A program made the translations under genes and the position numbers. From Anaeramoeba ignava BMAN (Eukaryota > Protista > Anaeramoebae), in NCBI GenBank assembly GCA_028826165.1, contig JAPDFW010000059.1:806001-870000 (forward strand): a DNA stretch of 64,000 bases, written 5' to 3'. Positions 18,538-28,900 of the stretch are shown piece after piece (the stretch's first letter is position 1; every line of letters begins with the position of its first letter). The notes beneath the pieces were generated by a model that searched no databases, had not been told where the DNA came from, and saw only the letters and a list, made by a program, of their open reading frames with translations.

Positions 18538-18598
18538 TTCTTTTCGGATTTTGTAACCTCGAATCCTTTCGATTTATTTACAAATCGTCATTTAGAAA
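18538..18598 (-). promoter_or_regulatory. Eukaryotic type II SECIS element in the 3' UTR of the selenoprotein gene
   Basis: The minus strand reads AUGAC-GAUUUGUAA-AUAAA-UCGAA(AGGA)UUCGA-GG-UUACAAAAUC-CGAA. This gives an AUGA/GA core, helix II (GAUUUGUAA with UUACAAAAUC), an unpaired AAA and an apical mini-stem, ~70 nt after the TAA stop. Confidence 0.88.
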
Positions 18599-18662
18599 TT
18601 GAAAAAAAAAACAAAAAGAAAAGAAAAAGAAAAAAAATAATGAAAAATAAATTTTTTTTAGA

Positions 18663-19540
18663 TTAAGGAAGTGAATCAACAATTTCATTAATTTCTGGAA
18701 AAAAATCTTTGATTGTTTTTTTAAAAATTATTCTGTTATCTGCAAAAACATTAAAAAAAGGACAATCATCACTTTTTAAAAATAAAAAAATAATATAAAA
18801 TTAGAAAGAATTTTTTTCACCTTTTGTTTTTTTTTTTTGTTTTTTTTTGGATTGATTGATTGAAAAAAAAAATTTAATCAAAAATTATTTACGTTTCATA
18901 TTTTCGGTTAAGTTTAACATCATAAAGAAGATCTTGTAATTCATTTTTAAGAATATAAGCTTCTGAAGAATAAGATCATCCTTTTTTTAATTTAAATAAA
19001 AATCAAAAATCAAAAATTAAAAATCAAAAATCAAAAATCAAAAATTAAATTAAACCTCCACAAAATTCAATTGTAATTAAAGGAAGAGAAGGAACAGAAG
19101 GAATTTCAATATCTGGTCCGAAATCAAAATCTGAATCTGAATCTGAATCTGAATCTAATTCTAATTCTATTTTTGAATCTAAATCTATTTTTTCATCCAA
19201 TATTTGATCTATTTGTTTTTTTTTTTGAATTGAAAATTTTAAAAGATCAAATAAGAATAAAAAATAACGAAATAAAAAATGAAATAAAAAAAAATAATAA
19301 CTTTGTTTTGATTTTTGTTTGAGATTGTCTAGATTTGTTTTAATTTGTGTTTTAATATCAAAATCGATTTGATCTCCACAATTTTCTTTGAGAAAAAATA
19401 ATTAAATTAAAAAAGTAATTAAAATGAAAAAATTTAAATTAAAAATTAAATTGTTATTTACTTTTTTCAGAAGAGGAATAAATTAATTTAGGAAAGAGTA
19501 AAAGAAATAAAAAGAAAAGAAAAAAAGAAAATAAATTCAT
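18663..19540 (-). CDS. Rdx-family (SelW/SelT/SelH-like) selenoprotein, 170 aa, signal peptide plus CGGU motif (Sec107)
   Basis: Exons 19540-19462, 19385-19302, 19208-19056, 18980-18893 and 18771-18663 are all GT-AG and phase-consistent (513 nt). Translation: ...LITIEFCGG(TGA)SYSSEAYILKNELQ...PFFNVFADNRIIFKKTIKDFFPEINEIVDSLP*. SECIS downstream. Confidence 0.88.
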
Positions 19541-19627
19541 ACAATTAAAAAAATAAAACTTGAGAAAAATGAATTTAACGTTTTTTTTTTTCATTTTTTC
19601 ATTTTTTTCATTTTTTTCTTTTCAAAA

Positions 19628-21445
19628 ATGAATGATTGTTTATATTTTGGTGATAACGAAGAACCAAAACTTATCAAAAATGAACCAGAAAAAATAACAA
19701 AACCAATTCAATTTAAATTTGAAAATGAAAATGAAAATGAAAATGAAAATGAAAATGAAAAACAAATTAAACAAATTTCATCAGGTTATTTTTCAACAAT
19801 TTTCCTTTTTAAAAATGGAAAAGCAATAGAATATTTAACTGAAAATGATTCAAATCAAAATCCTGAAAAAATCCAAATTGAAGAAAATATTCAAAAAGTA
19901 ACTGTTGGTTATGATAATGAAGCTATTTTAACAAAAGAAGGAAATGTATTTGCAAAAGGAAAAGATATTAATCCAGAAAATTCAAAAGAATTTATCAATA
20001 TTTCATCATTAATTGAAGATAAAAATGATAGAATAATTCAAGATATTGTTTCCGCAACTTTTTCAATTTACTTATTAACTTCAAATCAAAATGTTTATGG
20101 AATTGGTTCAAATGAATTTGGTCAACTTGGTTTTGATTATGAAACACTTGAAAAAACAGAAAAACCAATTTTAATGATGAAAAATGTTTCTAGAATATTT
20201 TCAGGAAATTCTTCAACATCCATTTTTCTTTTAAATTCAAATCAAGAATTATTTGGATGCGGATGGAATTATTCAGGACAACTTGGATTAGGATATCCAG
20301 AATATGAAGGTTTAATCCAAAAATTAACCAAAATCCAAAATATTCCAAAAGGTAAAATAATTGATATTCAATGTGGATTTTATCATTCAATAATATTGAT
20401 TGAAAATGAAAATCAAAATGAAAATCAAAATGAAAACCAAAATCAAAATCCAAAAAGAAAACTTTATTCATGTGGAAATTATAAATTTAATGGACTTGGC
20501 AAAACTCAAAATACTTATGAATTTACTGAAATCAAATCATCTTTATTTGAAAATGATGATAATATTCTTGATTTTTCTGTTGGAAATGTTCATACTTTGA
20601 TTTTAACTTCTAATTCGAAATTAATTGGATTTGGAGATAATGAATATGGTCAATTAGGAACTGGAGATACAATAAATCAATCAATTCCAATTCAAATTGA
20701 ACTTCCTGAATTAAGATTTAATGAAAATATTTCCAATTATCATATTTATTGTGGATTTCGCAAATCATTTCTTTATTATTCTCTTCCTTCTTTTTCCAAT
20801 CTTGAAGAAGATTTGATAAAACTATTTGAAAGAAAAGAATTTTGTGATATTTCATTTAAAACCGAAAATGGAGAAATAATTTCAGCTCATAAATTAATAT
20901 TGAAATATAGATTAAATCAAAATGAAAATGAAATTGAAAAACTTCAAGAAATTATTTCAAATAAATCAATTAAAGAATCAAATCAAATATTTGAAATGAT
21001 TTATTCAAACAGAATTATAAATCCAAAATTATATTCAGAAATTAAAGAAATTATAAATTTAAATGAAAAAATTGAAGAAACAATTAAAAGAATTTATTTA
21101 AATGAAAATGAAAATGAAAATGAAAAAGATTTTATTATTGAAAGAAAAGAAAAACAATATAAATTTCCTAAATTAATATTAATAATGAGAAGTGAATTAT
21201 ATCGAGGAATGTTTTTATCTGTAACTGAAGATAAATCAAATAAAGTTACAGATTATAGTGAATTAAGTAATAAATCATTCCAAATATTTGAATATTGGAT
21301 TTATTCAAATCAAATTAAAGATGAAATTCAAATTACACAAGAAATTATTGATGAAGTTCGAATTGGAATTGATTATTTTCAATTAAATCAAACAAATCCA
21401 AATTTAATTGATTTATTAATTAACAAATTTCATAATCAAAATTAA
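19628..21445 (+). CDS. RCC1-repeat plus BTB/POZ protein, copy 1 (intronless)
   Basis: RCC1 motifs (GSNEFGQLG, CGFYHS, VGNVHTLIL..GDNEYGQLGTG); BTB-like FCDISF..ISAHKLIL and KDFIIE..RSELYRGMF. Confidence 0.9.
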   Translation: MNDCLYFGDNEEPKLIKNEPEKITKPIQFKFENENENENENENEKQIKQISSGYFSTIFLFKNGKAIEYLTENDSNQNPEKIQIEENIQKVTVGYDNEAILTKEGNVFAKGKDINPENSKEFINISSLIEDKNDRIIQDIVSATFSIYLLTSNQNVYGIGSNEFGQLGFDYETLEKTEKPILMMKNVSRIFSGNSSTSIFLLNSNQELFGCGWNYSGQLGLGYPEYEGLIQKLTKIQNIPKGKIIDIQCGFYHSIILIENENQNENQNENQNQNPKRKLYSCGNYKFNGLGKTQNTYEFTEIKSSLFENDDNILDFSVGNVHTLILTSNSKLIGFGDNEYGQLGTGDTINQSIPIQIELPELRFNENISNYHIYCGFRKSFLYYSLPSFSNLEEDLIKLFERKEFCDISFKTENGEIISAHKLILKYRLNQNENEIEKLQEIISNKSIKESNQIFEMIYSNRIINPKLYSEIKEIINLNEKIEETIKRIYLNENENENEKDFIIERKEKQYKFPKLILIMRSELYRGMFLSVTEDKSNKVTDYSELSNKSFQIFEYWIYSNQIKDEIQITQEIIDEVRIGIDYFQLNQTNPNLIDLLINKFHNQN

Positions 21446-21587
21446 AATCAAAATTAAAATTAAAATTAAATTTAAAATTAAAATTAAAATTAAAATTAAA
21501 ATCAAAATTAAAATTAAAATTCAAATTAAAATTAAAATTAAAATTAAAATTCCAAAATCATTTTTTCATTTTTTTTCTTTTTCAAAA

Positions 21588-23429
21588 ATGAATGATTGTT
21601 TATTTTCTGGAAGAAATAGATATCCAAAACTTATCAAAAACAAACAAGAAAAAATAACAAAACCAATTCAATTTAAATTTGAAAATGAAAATGAAAATGA
21701 AAATGAAAATGAAAATGAAAAACAAATTAAACAAATTTCAACAGGAAATTTTTCAACAATTTTCCTTTTCAAAAATGGAAAAGCAATAGAATATTTAAGA
21801 AGTTCAAAACAGAATCCTGAAAAAATCCAAATTGAAAATATTCAAAAAGTAACTGTTGGATATCATAATGAAGCTATTTTAACAATAGAAGGAAATGTAT
21901 TTGCAAAAGAAAGAGTTATTAATCCAGAAAATCCAAATGAATTTATCAATATTTCATCATTAATTGAAGATAAAAATGATAGAATAATTGAAGATATTGT
22001 TTCTGGATACAGTTCAACTTACTTATTAACTTCAAATCAAAATGCTTATGGAATTGGTTCAAATAGTTATGGTCAACTTGGTTTTGATTCTGAAACACTT
22101 CCAGAAACAGAAAAACCAATTTTAATGATGAAAAATGTTTCTAAAATATTTTCAGGAAATTCTTCAAGTTCCGTTTTTCTTTTAAATTCAAATCAAGAAT
22201 TATTTGGATGCGGATATAATGAATGGAAACAACTTGGATTAGGAGAATCAAGAAAAGAAGAAAAAATAATCCATAAATTAACCAAAATTCAAAATATTCC
22301 AAAAGGCAAAATAATTGATATTCAATGTGGAATGTTTCATTCAATAATGTTGATTGAAAATGAAAATCAAAATGAAAATCCAAAAAGAAAACTTTATTCA
22401 TGTGGAAATACTCAACATAATGGACTTGGTAAAAACCAAAATACTTATGAATTTACTGAAATCAAATCATCTTTATTTGAAAATGATGATAATATTCTTG
22501 ATTTTTCTGTTGGATATAAACATACTTTGATTTTAACTTCCAATAGAAAGTTGTTTTCGTTTGGAAATAATTTTTATGGTCAATTAGGAACTGGAGATAC
22601 AAATAATCAATTAATTCCAATTCAAATTGAACTTCCTAAATTAAGATTTAATGAAGATATTTCCAATTATCATATTTATTCTGGGCATTTTATTTCATTT
22701 CTTTATTATTCTCCTTTTCTTTCTTCTTTTTCCAATCTTGAAGAAGATTTGATAAAACTATTTAGAAGAAAAGAATTTTGTAATATTTCATTTAAAACCA
22801 AAAATGGAGAAATAATTGAAGCTCATAAATTAATATTGAAATATAGATTAAATCAAATTGAAAATGAAATTGAAAAACTTGAAGAAATTATTTCAAAAAA
22901 ATCAATTAAAGAATCAAATCAAATATTTGAAATGATTTATTCAAACAGAATTATAAATCCAATATTATATTCTGAAATTAAAGAAATTATAAATTTAAAT
23001 GAAAAAATTGAAGAAACAATGAAAAGAATTTATTTAAATGAAAATGAAAATGAAAAAGATTTTATAATTGAAAGAAAAGAAAAACAATATAAATTTCCAA
23101 AATTAATATTAATAATGAGAAGTGAATTATATCGAGGAATGTTTTTATCTGTAACAGAAGATAAATCAAATAAAGTTACAGATTATAGTGAATTAAGTAA
23201 TAAATCATTTCAAATATTTGAATATTGGATTTATTCAAATCAAATTAAAGATGAAATTGAAATTACAAAAGAAATAATTAATGAAATTCAAATTGGAATT
23301 GATTATTTTCAATTAAATCAAACAAATCCAAATTTATTTGATTTATTAATTAATAAATTTAATAATCAAAATCACGATCAAAAAAAGAAAAGAAAACCTT
23401 TTTTAGAAAAAGAAAGATTCAGAAAATAA
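21588..23429 (+). CDS. RCC1-repeat plus BTB/POZ protein, copy 2 (basic C-terminal tail)
   Basis: Tandem paralog with the same motifs; ends in KKKRKPFLEKERFRK. Confidence 0.9.
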   Translation: MNDCLFSGRNRYPKLIKNKQEKITKPIQFKFENENENENENENEKQIKQISTGNFSTIFLFKNGKAIEYLRSSKQNPEKIQIENIQKVTVGYHNEAILTIEGNVFAKERVINPENPNEFINISSLIEDKNDRIIEDIVSGYSSTYLLTSNQNAYGIGSNSYGQLGFDSETLPETEKPILMMKNVSKIFSGNSSSSVFLLNSNQELFGCGYNEWKQLGLGESRKEEKIIHKLTKIQNIPKGKIIDIQCGMFHSIMLIENENQNENPKRKLYSCGNTQHNGLGKNQNTYEFTEIKSSLFENDDNILDFSVGYKHTLILTSNRKLFSFGNNFYGQLGTGDTNNQLIPIQIELPKLRFNEDISNYHIYSGHFISFLYYSPFLSSFSNLEEDLIKLFRRKEFCNISFKTKNGEIIEAHKLILKYRLNQIENEIEKLEEIISKKSIKESNQIFEMIYSNRIINPILYSEIKEIINLNEKIEETMKRIYLNENENEKDFIIERKEKQYKFPKLILIMRSELYRGMFLSVTEDKSNKVTDYSELSNKSFQIFEYWIYSNQIKDEIEITKEIINEIQIGIDYFQLNQTNPNLFDLLINKFNNQNHDQKKKRKPFLEKERFRK

Positions 23430-23526
23430 AATTAAAATTTAAAATTAAAATTAAAATTAAAATTAAAATTAAAATCAAAATTAAAATTTTTCCAAAATTC
23501 ATTTTTCATTTTTTTCATTTTTAAAA

Positions 23527-25338
23527 ATGAATGATTGTTTATTTTTTGGTTTAAAGGAATATCCAAAACTTTTCAAAAATAAACAAGAAAAAATAACAAA
23601 ACCAATTCAATTTAAATTTGAAAATGAAAATGAAAATGAAAATGAAAATGAAAAACAAATTAAACAAATTTCAACAGGTTTTTATTCAACAATTTTCCTT
23701 TTTGAAAATGGGAAAGTAATAGAATATTTAAATAGATCTAGAAATTCAAATGAAAATCCTGAAAAAATCCAAATTGAAAATATTCAAAAAGTAACTGTTG
23801 GTTATGCAAATGAAGCTATTTTAACATTAGAAGGAAATGTATTTGCCAAAAGATATGATGCTAATACAGAAAATCCAAAAGAATTTATCAATATTTCATC
23901 ATTAATTGAAGATAAAAATGATAGAATAATTCAAGATATTATTTCTGGAGGTTTTACAATTTACTTATTAACTTCAAATCAAAATGTTTATGGAATTGGT
24001 TCAAATCATTCTTGTCAAGTTGGTTTTCTTTCACCAAACAAAACAGAAAAACCAATTTTAATGATGAAAAATGTTTCTAAAATATTTTCAGGAAATTCTT
24101 CAATTCATGTTTTTCTTTTAAATTCAAATCAAGAATTATTTGGATGCGGGAATAATGGTCATGGCCAACTTGGATTAGGAAAATCAATAAAAGAAGCAAT
24201 AATCGTAAAATTAACCAAAATCCAAAATATTCCAAAAGGCAAAATAATTGATATTCAATGTGGATTTTATCATTCAATAATTTTGATTGAAGAAGAAAAT
24301 CAAAATGAAAATCCAAAAAGAAAACTTTATTCATGTGGAGATTATCAATATAATGGACTTGGCAAAAATCAAGATTCTTATGAATTTACTGAAATTAAAT
24401 CATCTTTATTTGAAAATAATGATAATATTATTGATTTTTCTGTTGGAAATTTTCATACTTTGATTTTAACATCCAAATCAAAATTATTTAGTTTTGGGAA
24501 TAATGAATATGGTGAATTAGGAAATGGAAATACAAAAAGTCAATCAATTCCAATTCAAATTGAACTTCCTAAATTAAGATTTAATGAAGATATTTCTAAT
24601 TATCATATTTCTTGTGGATATCGCAATTCATTTCTTTATTATTCTCCTTTTCTTTCTTTTTCCAATCTTGAAGAAGATTTGATAAAATTATTTAGAAGAA
24701 AAGAATTTTGTAATATTTCATTTAAAACCAAAAATGGAGAAATAATTGAAGCTCATAAATTAATATTGAAATATAGATTAAACCAAAATGAAAATGAAAT
24801 TGAAAAACTTGAAGAAATTATTTCAAATAAATCAATTAAAGAATCAAATCAAATATTTGAAATGATTTATTCAAACAGAATAATAAATCCAAAATTATAT
24901 TTTGAAATTAAAGAAATTATAAATTTAAATGAAAAAATAGAAGAAACAATGAAAAGAATTTATTTAAATGAAAATGAAAATGAAAAAGATTTTATAATTG
25001 AAAGAAAAGAAAAACAATATAAATTTCCTAAATTAATATTAATAATGAGAAGTGAATTATATCGAGGAATGTTTTTATCTGTAACTGAAGATAAATCTAA
25101 TAAAGTTACAGATTATAGTGAATTAAGTAATAAATCATTTCAAATATTTGAATATTGGATTTATTCAAATCAAATTAAAGAAGAAATTCAAATTACACAA
25201 GAAATCATTGATGAAATTAAAATTGGAATTGATTATTTTCAATTAAATCAAACAAATCCAAATTTATTTGATTTATTAATTAACAAATTTAAAATTCAAC
25301 CAAAAACAAAAGAAACAAGTGATTGTTTGATTTTTTAA
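23527..25338 (+). CDS. RCC1-repeat plus BTB/POZ protein, copy 3 (C-terminal CaaX-like CLIF)
   Basis: Tandem paralog; ends in KTKETSDCLIF. Confidence 0.9.
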   Translation: MNDCLFFGLKEYPKLFKNKQEKITKPIQFKFENENENENENEKQIKQISTGFYSTIFLFENGKVIEYLNRSRNSNENPEKIQIENIQKVTVGYANEAILTLEGNVFAKRYDANTENPKEFINISSLIEDKNDRIIQDIISGGFTIYLLTSNQNVYGIGSNHSCQVGFLSPNKTEKPILMMKNVSKIFSGNSSIHVFLLNSNQELFGCGNNGHGQLGLGKSIKEAIIVKLTKIQNIPKGKIIDIQCGFYHSIILIEEENQNENPKRKLYSCGDYQYNGLGKNQDSYEFTEIKSSLFENNDNIIDFSVGNFHTLILTSKSKLFSFGNNEYGELGNGNTKSQSIPIQIELPKLRFNEDISNYHISCGYRNSFLYYSPFLSFSNLEEDLIKLFRRKEFCNISFKTKNGEIIEAHKLILKYRLNQNENEIEKLEEIISNKSIKESNQIFEMIYSNRIINPKLYFEIKEIINLNEKIEETMKRIYLNENENEKDFIIERKEKQYKFPKLILIMRSELYRGMFLSVTEDKSNKVTDYSELSNKSFQIFEYWIYSNQIKEEIQITQEIIDEIKIGIDYFQLNQTNPNLFDLLINKFKIQPKTKETSDCLIF

Positions 25339-25418
25339 TATAATTTTTTTGAAAGAAAAAGAAAAAAAAATAAAGATCAAAAAATGGAAAACAAAAATCC
25401 AAATTGAGAAATAAAAAA

Positions 25419-26087
25419 TCAATTAATCTGTTCTTTTTTGGAACAAAGGGGAACAAATCTGACACCAGTAATATAATTTTGGACTATTTTATCTTCAGTT
25501 TTGATGACATCATATAAAGATTGACTATAAGTACCAACAGGAATAACTAGATGACCACCGACCTTTAATTGGTCGATAAGAGCTTGAGGGATTTCAGGAG
25601 CAGCAGCACCAACATGGATTGCATCAAAAGTGAGATCAGGCAAACCGACAAAACCATCGCCTTCGACAATATTGACAATACCATCCTCGATTAAGTCAGG
25701 AGAATCATTTTTAATATTTTCAATTGACCAATCCACAAGTTCTTTTATATGATCAATTCCATAAACTTTTCCTTCTTTTCCCACTATTTTCCCTAAATAG
25801 GCACAAATAATTCCAGATCCTGATCCGACATCCAAAATTGTCTGTCCAGGTTCTGCATGAAGTAATTCTAATTGCATTGCGTGCATGTGAGGCGCGCTTA
25901 TTGTTACTGAATATCCTATTGATTGTGGTGAATCTTGATATGCATATGTTTTGTGTGATTCAATCATGTAGTTTTTTCGATCTACTGCTTTCATTGCTTC
26001 ATATACTCCTGTTGTTTTTATTAATCCATTTTTTTTTAATGTTTCTACAAGTTCAATGTTTGTTTTTCCACTACTTCTCCAAGACAT
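25419..26087 (-). CDS. PCMT1: Protein-L-isoaspartate O-methyltransferase
   Basis: AYQDSPQSIGYSVTISAPHMHA, LDVGSGSG SAM motif, FDAIHVGAAA, QLKVGGHLVIPVG, VRFVPL. Confidence 0.95.
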   Translation of the reverse strand: MSWRSSGKTNIELVETLKKNGLIKTTGVYEAMKAVDRKNYMIESHKTYAYQDSPQSIGYSVTISAPHMHAMQLELLHAEPGQTILDVGSGSGIICAYLGKIVGKEGKVYGIDHIKELVDWSIENIKNDSPDLIEDGIVNIVEGDGFVGLPDLTFDAIHVGAAAPEIPQALIDQLKVGGHLVIPVGTYSQSLYDVIKTEDKIVQNYITGVRFVPLCSKKEQIN

Positions 26088-26221
26088 TATTTTTTGTTTT
26101 TTGAAAAATTTAAAAATGAAAAAAATGAAAAAAATGAAAAAAATTAAAAAGAAAAATTTTTGCTTTTTTTTTAAAAAATAAAAATGAAATCTAAATTAAT
26201 AAACAAACAAACAAACAAACA

Positions 26222-27870
26222 AAATTTATTATTAATTTATTTTAAAAATTTATTTAAAAAGTGGAATTAAATTTAATATTAATTTATTTCAAAATTTATT
26301 TTAAAAAAATGGAATAAAATTTATTATTAATTTATTTAAAAAATTTGGAATAAAATTTATTATTAATTTATTTCAAAAAAAATGGAATTAAATTTAATAT
26401 TAATTTATTTCAAAAAAATGGAATTAAATTTAATATTAATTTATTTAAAAAATGTGGAATAAAATTTAATATTAATTTATTTTAAAAAAGTGGAATAAAA
26501 TATATTATTAATTTATTTAAAAATTTAATATTAATTTATTTCAAAAATGGAATTAAATTTAATATTAATTTATTTCAAAAAAAATTGGAATTAAATTTTA
26601 ATAAAAATTTATTTAAAAATGGAATAAAATTTAATATTAATTTATTTCAAAAAAATGGAATAAAATTTATTAAAAATGGAATTAATTTATTCAAAAATGG
26701 AATTAAATTTATTAATAATTTATTTAAAAAAAATGGAATTAAATTTAATATTAATTTATTTCAAAAAAATGGAATTAAATTTATTATTAATTTATTTAAA
26801 AAATGGAATAAAATTTAATATTAATTTATTTAAAAAGTGGAATAAAATTTATTTCAAAAATTTATTTAAAAATGGAATTAAAATTTATTATTAATTTATT
26901 TAAAAAAAAAGTGGAATAAAATATATTATTAATTTATTTAAAAATTTATTTCAAAAAGTGGAATAAAATTTATTATTAATTTATTTCAAAATTTATTTTA
27001 AAAATGGAATTAAATTTATTATTAATTTATTTAAAAAATTTATTTCAAAAATGGAATAAAATTTATTATTAATTTATTTCAAAAATGGAATAAAATTAAA
27101 TTTATTATTAATTTATTTTAAAAATGGAATTAAATTTAATATTAATTTATTTAAAAATGGAATTAAATTTATTATTAATTTATTTTAAAAATGGAATAAA
27201 ATTTAATATTAATTTATTTAAAAAGTGGAATAAAATTTATTTCGAAAAATTTATTTTTAAAAAGTGGAATGGGAATTAAATTTATTATTAATTTATTTAA
27301 AAAGTGGAATAAAAATATATTTATTAATTTATTTAAAAATTTATTTCAAAAAAGTGGAATAAAATTTATTTATTAATTTCAAATTTCAAAATTTATTTTA
27401 AAAATGGAATAAAATTTATTATTAATTTATTTAAAAATTTATTTCAAAAATGGAATAAAATTTATTATTAATTTATTTCAAAAAAATGGAATTAAATTTA
27501 TTATTAATTTATTTAAAAAAATGGAATAAAATTTAATATTAATTTATTAAAAAAGTGGAATTAAATTTAATATTAATTTATTTCAAAAAAAAATGGAATA
27601 AAATTTATTATTAATTTATTTAAAAAAAATGGAATAAAATTTATTATTAATTTATTTAAAAAAATGGAATTAAATTTAATAATAATTTATTCAAAAAGTG
27701 GAATAAAATTTAATATTAATTTATTTAAAAAAATGGAATAAAATTTAATATTAATTTATTTAAAAAAATGGAATTAAATTTAATATTAATTTATTTCAAA
27801 AAAATGGAATAAAATTTATTATTAATTTATTTAAAAATTTATTTCAAAAATTTATTTTAAAAAAGTGGAA
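26222..27870. repeat. Intergenic ~33-35 bp minisatellite (AAAAATGGAATAAAATTTATTATTAATTTATTT)n
   Basis: TGGAAT-anchored unit recurring over ~1.65 kb. Confidence 0.85.
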
Positions 27871-27959
27871 TCTTTGATCATTTAAATCTATTTCCAAAAA
27901 AAAAAAATGAAATTAAAAATGAGTTAAAAAAAAATTTTTTTCTTTAATTTCCTTTTTTG

Positions 27960-28900
27960 TTAAACCATTTTTCGAGTTGGATTGTGATAAAATTGAGCAT
28001 CAAAAATTGTAAAAAAAGAAAATAAAGCTATAATTGGAGAACCAACACCATGCCATAAAGAATGGGCATCAAAATAACCGAAAAGAGGTTGAAAATCGAA
28101 TAATTCCAAAGGAGAAAATAAGAAAATTGCAATATAAAATGACAAAACCCATTTACATTGAGGCAACTCTTTAAAATGTTTAATTGACCAAGCCAACCAA
28201 ATAAAAAAGGAAGAAAATATGAAAAAAACGGACATTTTCATATGCCAAGCATAATCAAAAGAAACAAAGCCCATTTGATAAGCAAAATAAAGGAAAACGA
28301 CTATAAAAGGAATTGCGAGTTTTTTTAGTGTTTGTTTATTAGTTATCCATAAGGTTCTCACAAGTGATATATAAGTCATATATAAAGGGCATAGAAAAGC
28401 AAGATAATAATCACAAAATTCTGTTATAACATTATCTCTTGCATGGAATAGTGTTGAACTTCCATAAGTTACTATCCATAATATTGAGTTCATTTTCCAG
28501 AGATAATGAAATGGATATATTAATGTAGAATGTTCAAATCCAAGTTTTTTTGTATAAAGAAGTCTATTGTGCGTATTTAAATTGAAAAAGATTTAAATCA
28601 AGGAATAAATTAAAAAATAAATTAAAATTAAAATTCATTTATAAAATTAAAATTAAAATTATAATTAAAATTAAATTTAAAATTCAAATTAAAATTAAAA
28701 TTAAAATTAAAATTAAAATTAAAATTAAAATTAAAATTAAAATTAAAATTAAAATTAAAATTAAATTTATAATTAAAATTAAAATAAAATTTTCTTTTTT
28801 AAAATTTAAAAGGATATAAAGTTGTAATTAAACAAATTAAGGAAAAAAAAGAAGAAGCTGGTTGTTGAATAATCCATAAAGATTCTGGTAAAATTTCCAT
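27960..28900 (-). CDS. PGAP3: PGAP3/Per1 (CREST-family GPI remodelling phospholipase), 2 exons joined by an AT-AC intron
   Basis: Exon 1 (28900-28818) MEILPESLWIIQQPASSFFSLICLITT; exon 2 (28572-27960) ..SSTLFHARD..DYAWHM..LELFDFQPLFGYFDAHSLWH. Confidence 0.88.
28573..28817 (-). other. U12-type (minor spliceosome) AT-AC intron, 245 nt
   Basis: 5' end ATATCCTTTT; branch site TTCCTTGAT at 28605-28597, ~25 nt before the terminal TAC. Removal restores the frame (TT|G CAC = Leu-His). Confidence 0.85.

Noticed and set aside
26222-27870. Regularly spaced ~34-bp repeats resembling a CRISPR array
   Set aside because: No unique spacers, degenerate units, eukaryotic context and no cas genes.
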